Assembly (NCBI RefSeq): GCF_004010195.1 | Contig: NC_057755.1 | Location: forward strand, 2,581,246 to 2,645,245 | Length of the DNA: 64,000 bases | Direction: 5' to 3' | Origin: Chiloscyllium plagiosum | Lineage: Eukaryota | The notes under the pieces: model-generated | The model's database searches: none | What the model was told of the DNA's origin: nothing | What the model saw: the letters and a program-made list of their open reading frames with translations, nothing else | Program-made: the position numbers and the translations under genes | In this document: one piece after another, positions 12,653 to 24,422 of the stretch | How the letters are laid out: each line of letters begins with the position of its first letter | How positions within the stretch are numbered: the stretch's first letter is position 1

Positions 12653-13867
12653 ATCTATAATTACTAGGGTTGTCTCTCCTCCCCTTCTTGAACAAGGGGA
12701 CATCGTTTGCTATCCTCGAGTATCCTGGCATTATTTCTGTCGACAATGATGACATTAAGATCAAAGACAAAGGCTTTGCAATCTCCTTAGCTTCCTAGAG
12801 AATCATAAGATAAATCCCATCTGGCCCAGGGGCTTTATCAATTTTCACACGTTCCAGGATTGCTAACACATCCTCCTTGTGAATCTCTATCCTGTCTAGT
12901 CTAGGAGCCTGTATCTCAGTACTCTTTTCGACATCGTTGTCGTTTTCCTGTATGAATACTGCTGAAAAATATTCAGCACTTCTCCTCTCTCCTCAGACTC
13001 CACGCACAACTTCCAACTACTTCACAGGCCCTAATGTTACTCGAGTAATTTTCTTTTTTTTCCTGACATACCTCTAGAAAGCTTTAGTGTTCTCCTTGAT
13101 CATGTCCTCACCTTCCTCTTTTTGGATCTCTCTTTAGTCCTTCCAAACAAACTTGTAACTCTCAAGAGTCCTAACTGAGCCTTCATGCCTCATCTTTACT
13201 TAAGCTGCCTCCTTTCTTTGACAAGTGATTCAACTACTTTAGTAAATAATGATTCCCTTGCTCGGTCACTTCCTACCTGCCTGACAAGTACATACTTGTC
13301 AAGAACACGCAGTAGCTGTTTGTTGAACAAGCTCCAAGTTTCAGTTGTGTCCATCCACTGCAGTTTCCTTCCCCATCCGATGCATCCTAAATGTTGCCTA
13401 AGTGCATCATAATTGCCTTTGCCTCAGCTATAGCTCTTGCCCTGCAGTTTCTCCCTATTCCTTTCCATCACTAAAGTAAATGTAGCCAAATTGTGGTCAC
13501 TGTCAGTAAATGACAGTTGGGGATACAACTCCAAGGCAGAGAAGAACAGTTGGTCAGAAAAAAGAGTGGATAAAGATCTGGCTAGGATGATAAATAACCC
13601 ATAATAAGGACTGTCAGTGATTAACAATGGACTCTGTATTACTCGACTGTGTGATAACAAGGCCTGATGTGTAAACGTTGGGGTTAGAACATGGGGCAGC
13701 TCAAGTGCTAAAGCTGTTGAACATGACATTAAGTGCAAAAGTGTAAATGTAGCCAAATTGTGGTCACTGTCACCAAAGTGACCACAGACCTCCAAATCTA
13801 AAACCTGGCCAAAGTTGATTGCACGACCTAAAATCCAATATGGTTTCACCGCTTGTTGGCCTATTTA

Positions 13868-13990
13868 CATGCTGAAAAGGGTTACACCTGAAACATCTAC
13901 GTATGCACAACCTGATGCTGCCTGGCTTGCTGTGTCCTCCAGTCTCCTTCCTGTCTATTTTGGATTCCTGCATTTGCTGCTTTTTTGTCT
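13868..13990 (+). mobile_element. Short Penelope-terminus fragment inserted in CR1
   Basis: ctgaaaagggttacacctgaaacatc (decayed hammerhead) followed by ctgatgctgcctggcttgctgtgtcctccag, similar to the terminus at 33205-33330. Confidence 0.6.
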
Positions 13991-14479
13991 TTATCTACAT
14001 ATTGTGTCAGGAAAGTCTCTTTCACACATTAGACAAAAACTGACCCATCTAAAGTATTCAAACAATCCCATTTCCAGTCAGTATTTGGAAAGTTAAAATC
14101 CCCCACAACACTACCGTGTTATTTTCGCACAGTTCCAGAATCACCTTTGCAATCCTTTCCTCTCCGTCTCTGAAACTTTTCGGAGGCCAATAGAAAACTC
14201 TCAACAGGGTGACCTCTCCTTTCCTGTTTCTAAGTTCAACCCATACTTCCTCAGTAGATGAGTACTCAGCAAATGTACTTTCTGCCACCGTAACACTGCC
14301 CTTGACTAACAATGTCACACCCTCACTCTCTTTAACCACCTTCCCTGATCTTAGTGAAACCTCTAAACCCCAGAACCTGCATCAAGCCTCCTGTCCTCCT
14401 AGGTTGAGCTAATGAACCAATTTAACTCATGACAGTAACTGTCAGATAAACCCAAAACTCCAAATTAATCAAAGAAAAA

Positions 14480-15165
14480 AAAAGCTACAAATGTTGTGTA
14501 TCAGAAAATAAATCAAAAACTGCTGGAAAAGTGAGAAGGTCTGGCAGCAGCATCAGACTTAAGGTTTCGGGTGAAGTAACTATTCCTCAGAATTGATGGT
14601 AGCTAAGAAAATATTGGCTTTTATGAAGAAGATAAGGTGGGAGGGGAAGCAGTAAATGACAGTTGGGGATACAACTCAAAGGCAGAGAAGAACAGTTGGT
14701 CAGAAAAAAAAGAGTGGATAAAGATCTGGCTAGGATGGTAAACAACCCTTAATAAGGACTGTCAGTGATTAACAGTGGACTCTGTATTACTCGACTGTGT
14801 GATAACAAGGCCTGATGTGTAAACGTTGGGGTTAGAACATGGGACAGCTCAAGTCCTAAATCTGTTGAACATGACATGAAGTGCAAAAGACTCCACTCTT
14901 CGGAGGGAGAGGAGACAGTACAAGCGGAAAACGATGTGCTGTTCATTCCGTTTGTGCTGAGCTTTGCTGGAGCACTGCAGCAAGCCTGAAACAGATGTGT
15001 CGGCCAGGGAACAGATTGGGGCGTTGAAGTGGCAGGAAAATGGATGCTCAGTATTTTTGATAGAAACAGGACGTAAGAGTTCTGAGAACTGGTCACCCAG
15101 TCTATCTTTCATTTCCCCAATGTAGGGGAGACCACATTTAAAGCAGGAAATGCAACACACTGGCC
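14480..15165 (-). mobile_element. Penelope-like element 3' part (GIY-YIG plus terminal repeat)
   Basis: CISCFKCGLPYIGEMKDRLGDQFSE...HF GIY-YIG motif; decayed CTGAGGA...CCCGAAAC motif at 14562-14590. Confidence 0.8.
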
Positions 15166-15737
15166 TGTGTGAAATTCACGCTGAGGGTGATGCAAGTATG
15201 GAATGAACTGACAGAGGAAGCGGTGGAGGCTGGTACGATTGCAACATTTGAAAGGCATCTGGATCTGTCAATGCATTATTTCGTGCGTTTGTTGCTGTCT
15301 GCGCCCTGAGTGTTGTCTACTGTTATTGCAGTGTTACATGCCTTCTATAATATATGGCTCTGCCAGCATTACAGTCAGCTCTTGCATAGTTATTCCCTCA
15401 TTGTAACAAAACTCTTTCCAGATTAAATTGACTCCGTCTGAATTACCAATGCACTTTCTTCTAATTTCCTAAACCACGTTCCAGCTGACAAGGTTGACAT
15501 TACGTTGGGTCATGGGTTACCTGTTGCCACACGAGAAGCGGTGGACCTAATCTCAATCAGAAGCATTTGTATTTTATTCAGACGGCAGCGGTTTTTGTAG
15601 TTTCCTGATGGTGAAAATGTACTTCGGATGGTTTCCATTTTGGAAACCCTGCACTATTAACTATCAGTGATTTCGAGTAACAACGATCAATCTTCTGGAA
15701 TATTTAGGTAGCATTACAGTACTTAATATGAATACAA

Positions 15738-16050
15738 CCGTGGGGCGGCACGGTGGCACAGTGGTTAGCACTGCTGCCTCACAGCGCCAGAGACCTGGGT
15801 TCAATTCCTGCCTCAGGCGACTGACTGTGTGGAGTTTGCACGTTGTCCCCGTGTCTGCGTGAGTTTCCTCCGGGTGCTCCGGTTTCCTCCCAGAGTCCAA
15901 AGATGTGCAGGTCAGATGAATTGGCCATGCTAAATTGCCCGCAGTGTTAGGTGTTAGGTATAGGGGTAAAATGTAGGGATATGGGTGGGTTGCGCTTCGG
16001 CGGGTCGGTGTGGACTTGTTGGGCCAACGGGCCTGTTTCCACACTGTAAT
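15738..16050 (+). mobile_element. HE1/V-SINE, full length, specific to copy A
   Basis: ggggcggcacggtggcacagtggttagcactgctgcctcacagcgccagagacctgggttcaattcc (A and B boxes). The empty site aatacaa|gtaccaac is at ~52307 in copy B. Confidence 0.95.
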
Positions 16051-16139
16051 GTACCAACAAACGCAACACATGTACTAATCTGACAGTTTATATGCAGAAT
16101 GCAATTGGCAAATAGCAAGTGGTGATGCAATCGTTTGAG

Positions 16140-16146
16140 TATAAAA
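16140..16146 (+). promoter_or_regulatory. Candidate TATA box upstream of the intact GPCR
   Basis: TATAAAA about 270 bp before the ATG, conserved in copy B at 52397. The region is AT-rich, so this is weak evidence. Confidence 0.3.
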
Positions 16147-16411
16147 ATAGCATCTCAATGGTCATCATCTGTGGTGAAAATGCACAACTTGTTGGCTCAG
16201 AACTATAATGAAGTCGTCCTCATTTCCAATCTTACAAAGAATGGTATGAAACAGTGAGTTCATCTTTTTGTTCACTGAAGTGTAACTGCGATGCATTTTG
16301 CATCTTAATTAACCCTCTGGAGACTCTTAGTCAAAATAATTGAGGGAAGATTAGACGGCCTCACAAAGCTAATGTCGACAGTTTTGTTAATACCTTTAGT
16401 CTGTGAAAAGC

Positions 16412-16481
16412 ATGCACGCACCAGCAAATGGCCCATTCTTTGCCATTGCCTATCCAATTCTTGCTGCAATTGGTGCTCCTG
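16412..16481 (+). CDS. GPR139-like class A GPCR, coding exon 1 (MHAPANGPFFAIAYPILAAIGAP + first base of Ala)
   Basis: ATG at 16412, 70 nt, ending CCT G|GTAAGC (canonical phase-1 donor). YPILAAIGxP is the first half of TM1 and joins in frame to the exon at 19566. Confidence 0.88.
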
Positions 16482-17149
16482 GTAAGCAATTGATCCTGAT
16501 AAGGTTTGTTTTGAAGTTTACGGATATTTTGTCTCGTGCCTTTCAGGAACAGATTCATTCTTTTTTAATATTACCTATTATTTGAATGGAAGGAAACTCA
16601 AATAGGTTATGTATATCCGTGAAATATATAATTTGTATTATTGTGAAAGATAGTGCACTTTGAGTGCAAGGTGTGCACGAACAGATATCACTGCAAATTC
16701 ACAGAAATACAGCTAATCATATCACTGAAATATGAGTAATAATTTATGGTTTTGAACACACATTGATCTATTAGATTTTTTTATTGGTCCAATGAAATGT
16801 AATCAAATGCGTTTAGTTTCATGTAGCACAATGATGTATCAGTATTGTCCTTTTCTTGCAACTGCGTTGAAAAATAAATCATTGCTTTGCAATTATCATA
16901 GTAGATGCATTTTAATATACTATTTATTGATTGAATGAATCAATCTACTGTGCAAACGCTGGAGTTAAACATTAGTTAGTTCTCACTGGGAAGTAGTGAT
17001 TGCTAATGTGGTCCTGTATTCACTTATAGAAATATTTAAAAGAGGGACTTCAGTTGAAAATTGTCAAGTTTGCATTGTGCTTGTGCTGATATGTTTTTAT
17101 ACATTTGTGTATTCTTTCGGCAAAGTTATGTTTCCTAATATAGGAGCAT

Positions 17150-19015
17150 TCAGAAACAAGGAATTAAGAGGGCGGAAAGGGGACATGAGATATCGTTTGC
17201 AAACAGTGTTAAAGAATATCCCAAAGCCTTTTATTCATATATAAGGAGCAAGAGGGTAACAAAAGAAAGTGTTGGCCCACTCAAGGGCAAAGGAGGATGC
17301 AGAGAAAGTAGGTAAGGTTCTTAATGAGTAATTTGCATTGGTATTCACCAAAGAGTGGGCAATAACGGATGTTGAAGTTAGGGTTAGAAAGTTGCTTAGT
17401 CTAGGTCAGGTCGGCATAACAAGGGAGGAAGTGTTGGATATTCTAAAAGGCATTAATGTGGAAAAGTCCCACGCTCGGATGGGATCAATCCCAGGTTACT
17501 GAGGGAAGTGAGAGAGGAAATATCTGGGGCCTTAACAGATATCTTTGCAGATCCTTGAATACGGGTGAATCCTGGAGGATTGGAGAATTGTTAATGTTGT
17601 CCCCTTGCTTCAGACAGATGGCAGGGATAATTCAGGTAATTATTGACCACTGAGCCTGATGTCAGTGGTAGCGAAGCTGCTGGAGAAGGTACTAAGGGAT
17701 AGGATCTATTCCCATTTGAGAAAAAATGAGCTCTTCTTTGAAAGGCAACCTGGTTTTGTGCAGGGAAGGTTACGTCTTATCGACTTAATAGAACTCTTTG
17801 AGGAAGTGACAAATTTGATTAATGAGGGAAGGGTTGCAGATGTCATATACATGGACCTCAGTAAAGCATTTGATAATGTTCCCCATGGTAGGCTGATGGG
17901 CAAAGTGAAGTCGCATGGGGTCCACAGTGTACTCGCTAGATGAATAGAGAATTGGCTGGGCAACAGGAGACAAACAATAATAGTGGAAATGAGTTTCTGA
18001 AAATGGGGAACTGTGACTCGCGGTGTTCCACAGGGATCCGTGTTTGGACCACTGTTGTTTGTGATATACATAAATGATCTTGAGGAAGGTATAGGTGGTC
18101 TGATTAGCAAGTTTGCAGAAGACACTAAGATTGATGGAATTAGCAGATACTGAAGGGGACTGTCAGAGAATGCAGCAGGATATACCGTAGATCGTGGAGC
18201 AGAGAAATGACAGGTGGAGTTCAATCCGGTGATGCATTTTGGAAGATCAATTTCAAGAGCGATATAAACAATATAAGGTTAGATCCTGGGGAAAATTGAT
18301 GTACAAAGACATCTTCCAGTTCAGGTCCTTTGTTCTCTCAAGGTGACAACGCAAGATGAGAGAATGGCCAAGAAGGCATACAGCATGCGTTCCTTCATTG
18401 GACATGGTATTAAGTTCAAAAGTTGGTAGGTCATGTTACAGTTGTATCAGACTTTGGTTCAGCCACATTTGGAATACTGCGTACAGTTCTGGTCACCACA
18501 TTACCAAAAGGATGTGAATGCTTTTGGAGAGGGTCAAAGGATGTTCACCAAGATGGTGCCTGGTATGGAGGCTGCTGGCTATGAGGAGAGTTTGAGTGGA
18601 TTAGGACAACTTTCATTAGGAAGACCAAGGTTGAGGGTGTACCTGATTGAGTTCTACAAAATCATGAGAGGTACAGACAGGGTGAATCGCAAAAGCATTT
18701 TTTCCCCAGAGTCGGGGACTCAATTACTAGAGATCACGAGTTCAAGATGTGAGGGAAAAGGGTTAAGGAAGATATGTATGGAAAATTCATTATACAGAGG
18801 TTGGTTGGTACCTGGAATGTATTGCCAGCGGAGGTGGTAGAAGCGAGCACAATAGCATTATTTAAGATGTATCTAGGCCGATACAGGAATGGGCAGGGAG
18901 CTGAGGGATACCGACCCTTATAAAATAGGCAACAGGTTTAGATAGCGTATCTGGATTGGCACAGGCTTGGAGGGCTAAACAGCCTGTTCCTGTGCTGTAA
19001 TTTTCTTTGTTCTTC
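17150..19015 (+). mobile_element. CR1 LINE ORF2 fragment in the GPCR intron (paralogue ~53240-55100)
   Basis: LMSVVAKLLEK.LRDRI, VIYMDLSKAFD.VPHGRL, GVPQGSVFGP, LEYCVQFWSP, with stops and frameshifts. Confidence 0.92.
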
Positions 19016-19565
19016 GTTATTTGTTCTCAATCATTGCCTGCCGTGACATATCCCGTGCAAAGTTAACATGATTTGTTCATCTCGAATTTGCACTTGTCAA
19101 GGTGGAAGTTTCGGACTGAGAGCGAGTGTTTAGTGCAAGTGGTTTGTGGTTGGTGTGGATCAAGGTGAATTGCTCAATGACTGTGATTGCAAGTGGCAGT
19201 ACTGAGTGATAGGCAAACATGGATAGTGGGAGGTCAGTGGGAAAATGAATTCCTGAGGAAGAAGGAGAAAGATCCACTTTCTGCCTTGTTGCCCATTACC
19301 AACAAACTCCTCTTCTTTAATAATATTTCAGTCTCCTGTCAACAAGAACACACAAAAACGTTAATCGTGGCTATGGCATCTGACACAAACCACACTGCAT
19401 TTATGGCATAAATCAACAGATCATATGTCAAAAACATCGATGCTGTGGAACAATAATGGTTTTCAAGTAGAAGATCCATACCCTTTTTATCTAGTAGGAT
19501 GCCTGAGTGGTGTAATTGGCCTCTTTTGTATGTTCCTATACTATTTCTCATTTAATTTCTCACAG

Positions 19566-20473
19566 CGAACTTGGTGGCAATCTTAATCCTTTGCCGGGGA
19601 CGATGCGGTCTGTCCCGGTGCATCTCACTCTACCTGGTGGCGATCGCAGTGACTGATTTCCTTGTCATTGCCAATGGGTGCATCCTCAATCGGATCGGTC
19701 GTATCTACTTTCGTAATAGTGTCCTGTCCACTACACCTGGATGCAAACTCACAACTATGCTGATTTTTGCCACTCGGGATTGCTCGGTCTGGCTGACAGT
19801 GGCCTTCACCTTTGACCGTTTTGTGGCCATCTGCTTACAGAGCCTGAAGACAAGATATTGTACCGAGAAATCTGCATTGCTGGTCATAGGAATGGTGTGT
19901 TCCTTGAGTTTCGCAAAAAATGCTCCTTTCTACATCATCTTTAAGCCCTTGTACTTTGTGGATGGGGTGCCCTGGTTCTGCATTATCAAGTCCTTATATT
20001 ACACAGTGTCCGCTTGGCAGGCCTTCGATTCGCTGGATCACATATTAACTCCTTTTCTCCCCTTCCTCCTCATTCTGCTGCTTAATACCTTGACAGTACG
20101 AATTATCTTAGTTGCTAGCAGAGCCCGCAGGAGACTCTGGAGCACGGAGAATCATGGAGACCCAGAGATGGCGAACCGCAGGAGATCCATTGTCCTGCTG
20201 TTCGCCATCTCACTCAGCTTCCTCCTTCTATGGGTCACTCATGTCATACAGTTTCTCTACGTGCGAATTACTGGTGTGGGTTACTTTAACAGCCTGGACT
20301 TCAATGATCCACAATACATCCTTCAAGAGACGACCAATATGCTCCAAATACTCAGTTCCTGTAACAATATTTTCATCTACGTTGTGACCCAGAACAAATT
20401 CCGAGAGGAGTTGAAGCAAGTCCTAATTTATCCCTTTACCATTTTCATTGCTGTTTTAAACAGGAAACCGTAG
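19566..20473 (+). CDS. GPR139-like class A GPCR, coding exon 2 (spliced protein 325 aa)
   Basis: Acceptor tttaatttctcacag|CG AAC TTG gives ...GAP-A-NLVAILIL. Uninterrupted frame with 7TM hallmarks: TM2 AVTD, TM3 Cys plus FTFDRF (DRY-like), ECL2 Cys, TM5 PFLPF, TM6 LLW, TM7 NIFIY, helix 8 FREEL. Stop TAG at 20471-20473. Resembles the GPR139/142 group but does not look like the GPR139 orthologue itself. Confidence 0.93.
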
Positions 20474-20739
20474 TAAAACCCACTCCAGTCACTTTGTTTA
20501 AATTTGTGCCATTCGATGTGTCGCGCTCTATTTCTCTCAAAATAAGCCAAGGTCTCATACTTCAGAGATACATATATCACACTCTTGTAGCAACAGGTCA
20601 CTGTTCTCTATATTGAAAGAATATTGAACTAATTGATTTGCTGCTTCTTTGTTGACAAGACAAACTATTCTCTTTCATGAAATGTGAAGAGTCCCACAAT
20701 CTCTCCAGTTATCTGGTCCAATGATGAGACTAAATTGGG

Positions 20740-21062
20740 GATTAGATTTCGTGCAGTATGGATACAGGTCCTCCAGCCCAACAAGTCCACAGTGACGCTC
20801 CGAACAGTTACCCATCCAGATCCATTCCCCTATCCTATATTTACCCCTTACTAATGCACCTCAAACTGTGGGCAATTTAGGATAGCCAATTCACCTGACC
20901 TGCACATTTTTAGATTGTGGGAGGAAACCAAAGCACCTGGAGGAAACCCACACAGACAAGAGGAGAATGTGCAAACTCCACGCACACAGTCCCCTGAAGT
21001 GGGAATTGAATCCAGGTCCCTGGCACTGTTAGGCAGCAGTGCTAACCACTGAGCCACTGTGC
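20740..21062 (-). mobile_element. HE1/V-SINE downstream of the GPCR (paralogue ~57205-57527)
   Basis: Reverse-complement tRNA head (gcagtgctaaccactgagccac on +) and V-domain. Confidence 0.88.
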
Positions 21063-21929
21063 AACAGTGTTTTCGCTGCATTGAAAATCACTGAAACAAT
21101 ATATTCGGCTTATGCATCAAATTATAATTCTGAATTTTGTCATAGCATATATTTGTTGCAATATTTCGTGCAGGAATGTTTCCTGGACACACCTGACACA
21201 CCTGACTCCATCCAGACCATCTGCACTAAGAAGGTTCCAATCAATACTGGGAATGTTGAAGTCACCCATAACAATATCTCTGTTACATCTGCACATTTCC
21301 AAGATCTGGTGTCCGGTTTTAGCATAAGGTTGTACATTCTGAGATCGTTAAACACATTCTACAAATGTAGAATGTCTTCTTTCTTTCTTTCTTTCCTTCA
21401 CTCCCTTTTAACCTCTTTCTTATTCTCTTTATTGTCTTTTTGTTTTCTTGCTTGCTTGCTTTTCTTTCAGGCATTTCAGCGCAAAGCGGGCCTGCATAAA
21501 CGAAGGACAGGTACATACCAACTCTACTTTCACCTTGCAGAACGTGATTTGAAGTCTTTCAGTTTACGATTGAGGTTGCACGTGTCCAACATAAAGTGAA
21601 TTCCAATAACCCAGTTTTACCAAACATCTTAAAACTGTGTCATATTGTAAATTACTTCTCTGCTCAGGAAAATGGACCCTTGCAGTTTATTTTATCTGGG
21701 TTCCTCATAATTTGTTGACACTCAATTAAGTTAACCCTCATTCTCCTCTGCTCTCTGGGAAATAATCCTACTTTCTCCAATCAATCCTTATAACTGCATT
21801 CTTCATTTTGCAATCTTTCTGCTCCCTCTATAGCTGTTATGTCTTTCTTTTAATGCAGTGATTAGAATTGCACACAAAATATCAGTTATGAAATCACGTA
21901 GTTTTAATTTACAATTCTATTAGTACATC

Positions 21930-22925
21930 CTCAGTAATGGCAGGTGGATGGGAACCAGAGAGATAGATCAGAGGTGAGGGTAGCTGTTGAATGGGCAAAA
22001 TGGAATGCAGAGAATCTGTCGAGAAGGATACACATTTGATAGGGCAATGGGATGTGTTAAAGTTCAATGTAAGCCGTGTCAGGAATAAGAGTGATGAACT
22101 TAGAGCATAGATCTAAGACTTGGAACTTGGAACTACCTTGTTGTGGACAGAACAAATACATGGATTTCACAGGGACAAGAATAGTTGCTGAACGTTCCAG
22201 GGTTTAGACCTGTTAAAAAGAACAGGGAGGAATGTAAAAGAGGAGGAGGAGTACCGTTGTTAATTACAGAGTGCAACACAGCTGCTGAAAAGGAGGCTGT
22301 TGATTATTCATTATCAGGGGAATTGAGCTTAAGAGCTGCGAGATTATGCTACAGCTCTATAAAATCCTGTTGGACTACACTTGGAATCTTGTGTCCAGTT
22401 CTGATCGCCTCATTAGGGGAAGGATGTCAATGCATTTGAGAGGGTGCAAAGATTTACCAGGATGCTGCCTGGACCACAGTTCATGTTCGAATAAAGAAAG
22501 GTTCAGGGAGCTACGTCTTTTCTTGTTGAAGCGAAGAATGGTGAGAGGCAACTCGGTGGAAGTGTACAAGATGATGAGAAGCATAGATAGAGTGAATAGT
22601 CAGAGACTTTTTTCCCAGGGCAGAAATGGCTATCACGAGATGCGTAATTTTTCATGATTAGAGAAATATTTAGGGGAGATGTTAGAGCTTGTTTTTTTTA
22701 AACACAGAGAGTGGTGCGTGCGTAGAATGCACTGCCACCGTTGGTAGTAGAGTCAGATGCATGAGGGACATTTAACCGACGTTTGGATATGCATATGAAT
22801 GATATTAAAATGATGGGTATGTAGGTTAGATTGATCTTGCAGTAGGACAAAAGATTGGCACAACATCGAGGGCAGAATGGTTTGTATTTGCTGTACTGTT
22901 CTGTGTTTTATGTTGTATGTTCTAT
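21930..22925 (+). mobile_element. Internally deleted CR1 LINE: endonuclease start joined to the 3' end (paralogue ~58395-59390)
   Basis: LNVPGFR...K.R...KRGGGV.LLI, then MLQLYK.L, RRMVRG..EVYKMM and the tail. Confidence 0.8.
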
Positions 22926-24422
22926 GGTTGAAGGTCTTAGTACGTCTACCCTTTTCATTATCTCAATCGAAGTGAGGTTCTGTATTCAGTTGACCCTCCC
23001 CAAATGCCGAACGCACACTTGTCTGAATTCAGAACCATTTGCGATCACCTACTCAACTGAACAACTGACAACATTCTAAGTTTGATAGCCATCACCTTTA
23101 CTCTGAACTACAATAGTTATACTTCCATCGTCTGCAAACCACCCTTCATCATTTACACCCAAAACATTAATATAATACAAATAATGCAAAGGTATCCAAA
23201 ATTGAGCCCTGTGGAATGTCATTGCAAACAACTTTCCATTCACGCAAATTTCTATCAATTATTACCTCGAATTTACTTTCACTGAACAAATTTTAGATTG
23301 AACTGGCAACATTCTCCTGTGTTCCTTAAAATTTTGTTTCTCGGACTAGTCTGTCAAATGGGATCTTGTCAACTGTCCTACTAAACTCCATGTTGAAAAC
23401 ATTCACTGCATTACCATCATACATCCTCCATGTTATGTCCATTAACAGGGCATTTAGTATGACTCAGCCTTCCTTGAACTGATGTCTTTATTTGCAGGTG
23501 TATTTTGTTGCAAAATACAGAGAAATGTATTGTACAGCATTGCCTCTTTCCAACGCCATCTTAAAACACACACAAAAAAACTAGACATGGAATTTTACTG
23601 CACAAAAATAAAGAAATGAAGAAGCAGTATTCAACTTTACAGACCTCCTTGTTAATTGCTGTGCCATAGGCAATGGACCTTCATGGACAGGCACGATTCC
23701 GCTTCACCACAAATTGCCAGTGGAATGAGAGTCGCCACTCTTCGGTGCCATCTCGCTTTCAATGTTGCCTGCGCCACTACGAGTCCTCGCTGGACCACAA
23801 AACCCCACGGCAAAACCAAGTGGCAGTTTCTCCTGTCAGAATTGATTCTAAAAAAATGCAGACTATGCAACACAGACCTGGCTTAAATAGCACATCTTTT
23901 TTAATGCTGCACACTACACTGTTCACAGATCTCCAATCCTCTAGTACATCATTGGTATGTGGTGAGCATTAGAAAATGATTTGCGGTGTAACATTTATTT
24001 CATGTTTGGCTTCCTTTAAACGGGTGAAGGATCCATCACCCGCTTAATTTATCCTCTTTCACAGAGAACATTTCCGATATTTCAGCTCGGAATATGCATG
24101 TTGTATCGAATAATTAATTCCTCCTCTTTAAATAGGTTGCGTACATCATCCAGTTCTTTGTGAAAACAGAGTCACAGAGACAAACACTCGTTGAGAATCT
24201 CCATCTTCTACAGCTAAGTGTGCGATGCCCTTTACATCTTAGATCAGCCCTATCGCTTCTAATTATCCTGCTGGTGTTTGTTAATGTATTTGTTGAAGTA
24301 CTGATAACATATCTTTGTTTTTTCCTGTCAATTCATTGTTCTATCACTTTGTTGATTTCCTAGTTCACTTCTTTACTTCAATCCTGTACGTTCAACACTC
24401 AGCTAAGCTTATAAGCTTGTCC

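Larger units (their letters stand above)
10455..14390 (-). mobile_element. CR1 LINEs: 3' fragment 10455-11060 and a long decayed ORF2 copy 11075-14390 (paralogue ~47460-51470, with the endonuclease part inverted)
   Basis: From right to left: endonuclease (VWVELRNRKGEVTLL.VFY.PP, GDFNFP, GDSDHN), RT (IANDVPLFKKG.RDNPSNYR, KFADDT) and C-terminal motifs. Confidence 0.9.

Noticed and set aside
15742..15812. tRNA-like sequences with A and B boxes (also 34693, 6732 and others)
   Set aside because: These are SINE heads followed by the V-domain and LINE-like tail, not tRNA genes.
19566..20473. Assigning the symbol GPR139
   Set aside because: Family resemblance only. There are several divergent paralogues in this one window, and orthology cannot be shown without a tree.
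21039..21599. 186-aa ORF conserved in both copies (57504-58064)
   Set aside because: Made of a SINE end, an antisense CR1 endonuclease fragment and a CTTT-rich tract. Its conservation simply reflects the recent duplication.
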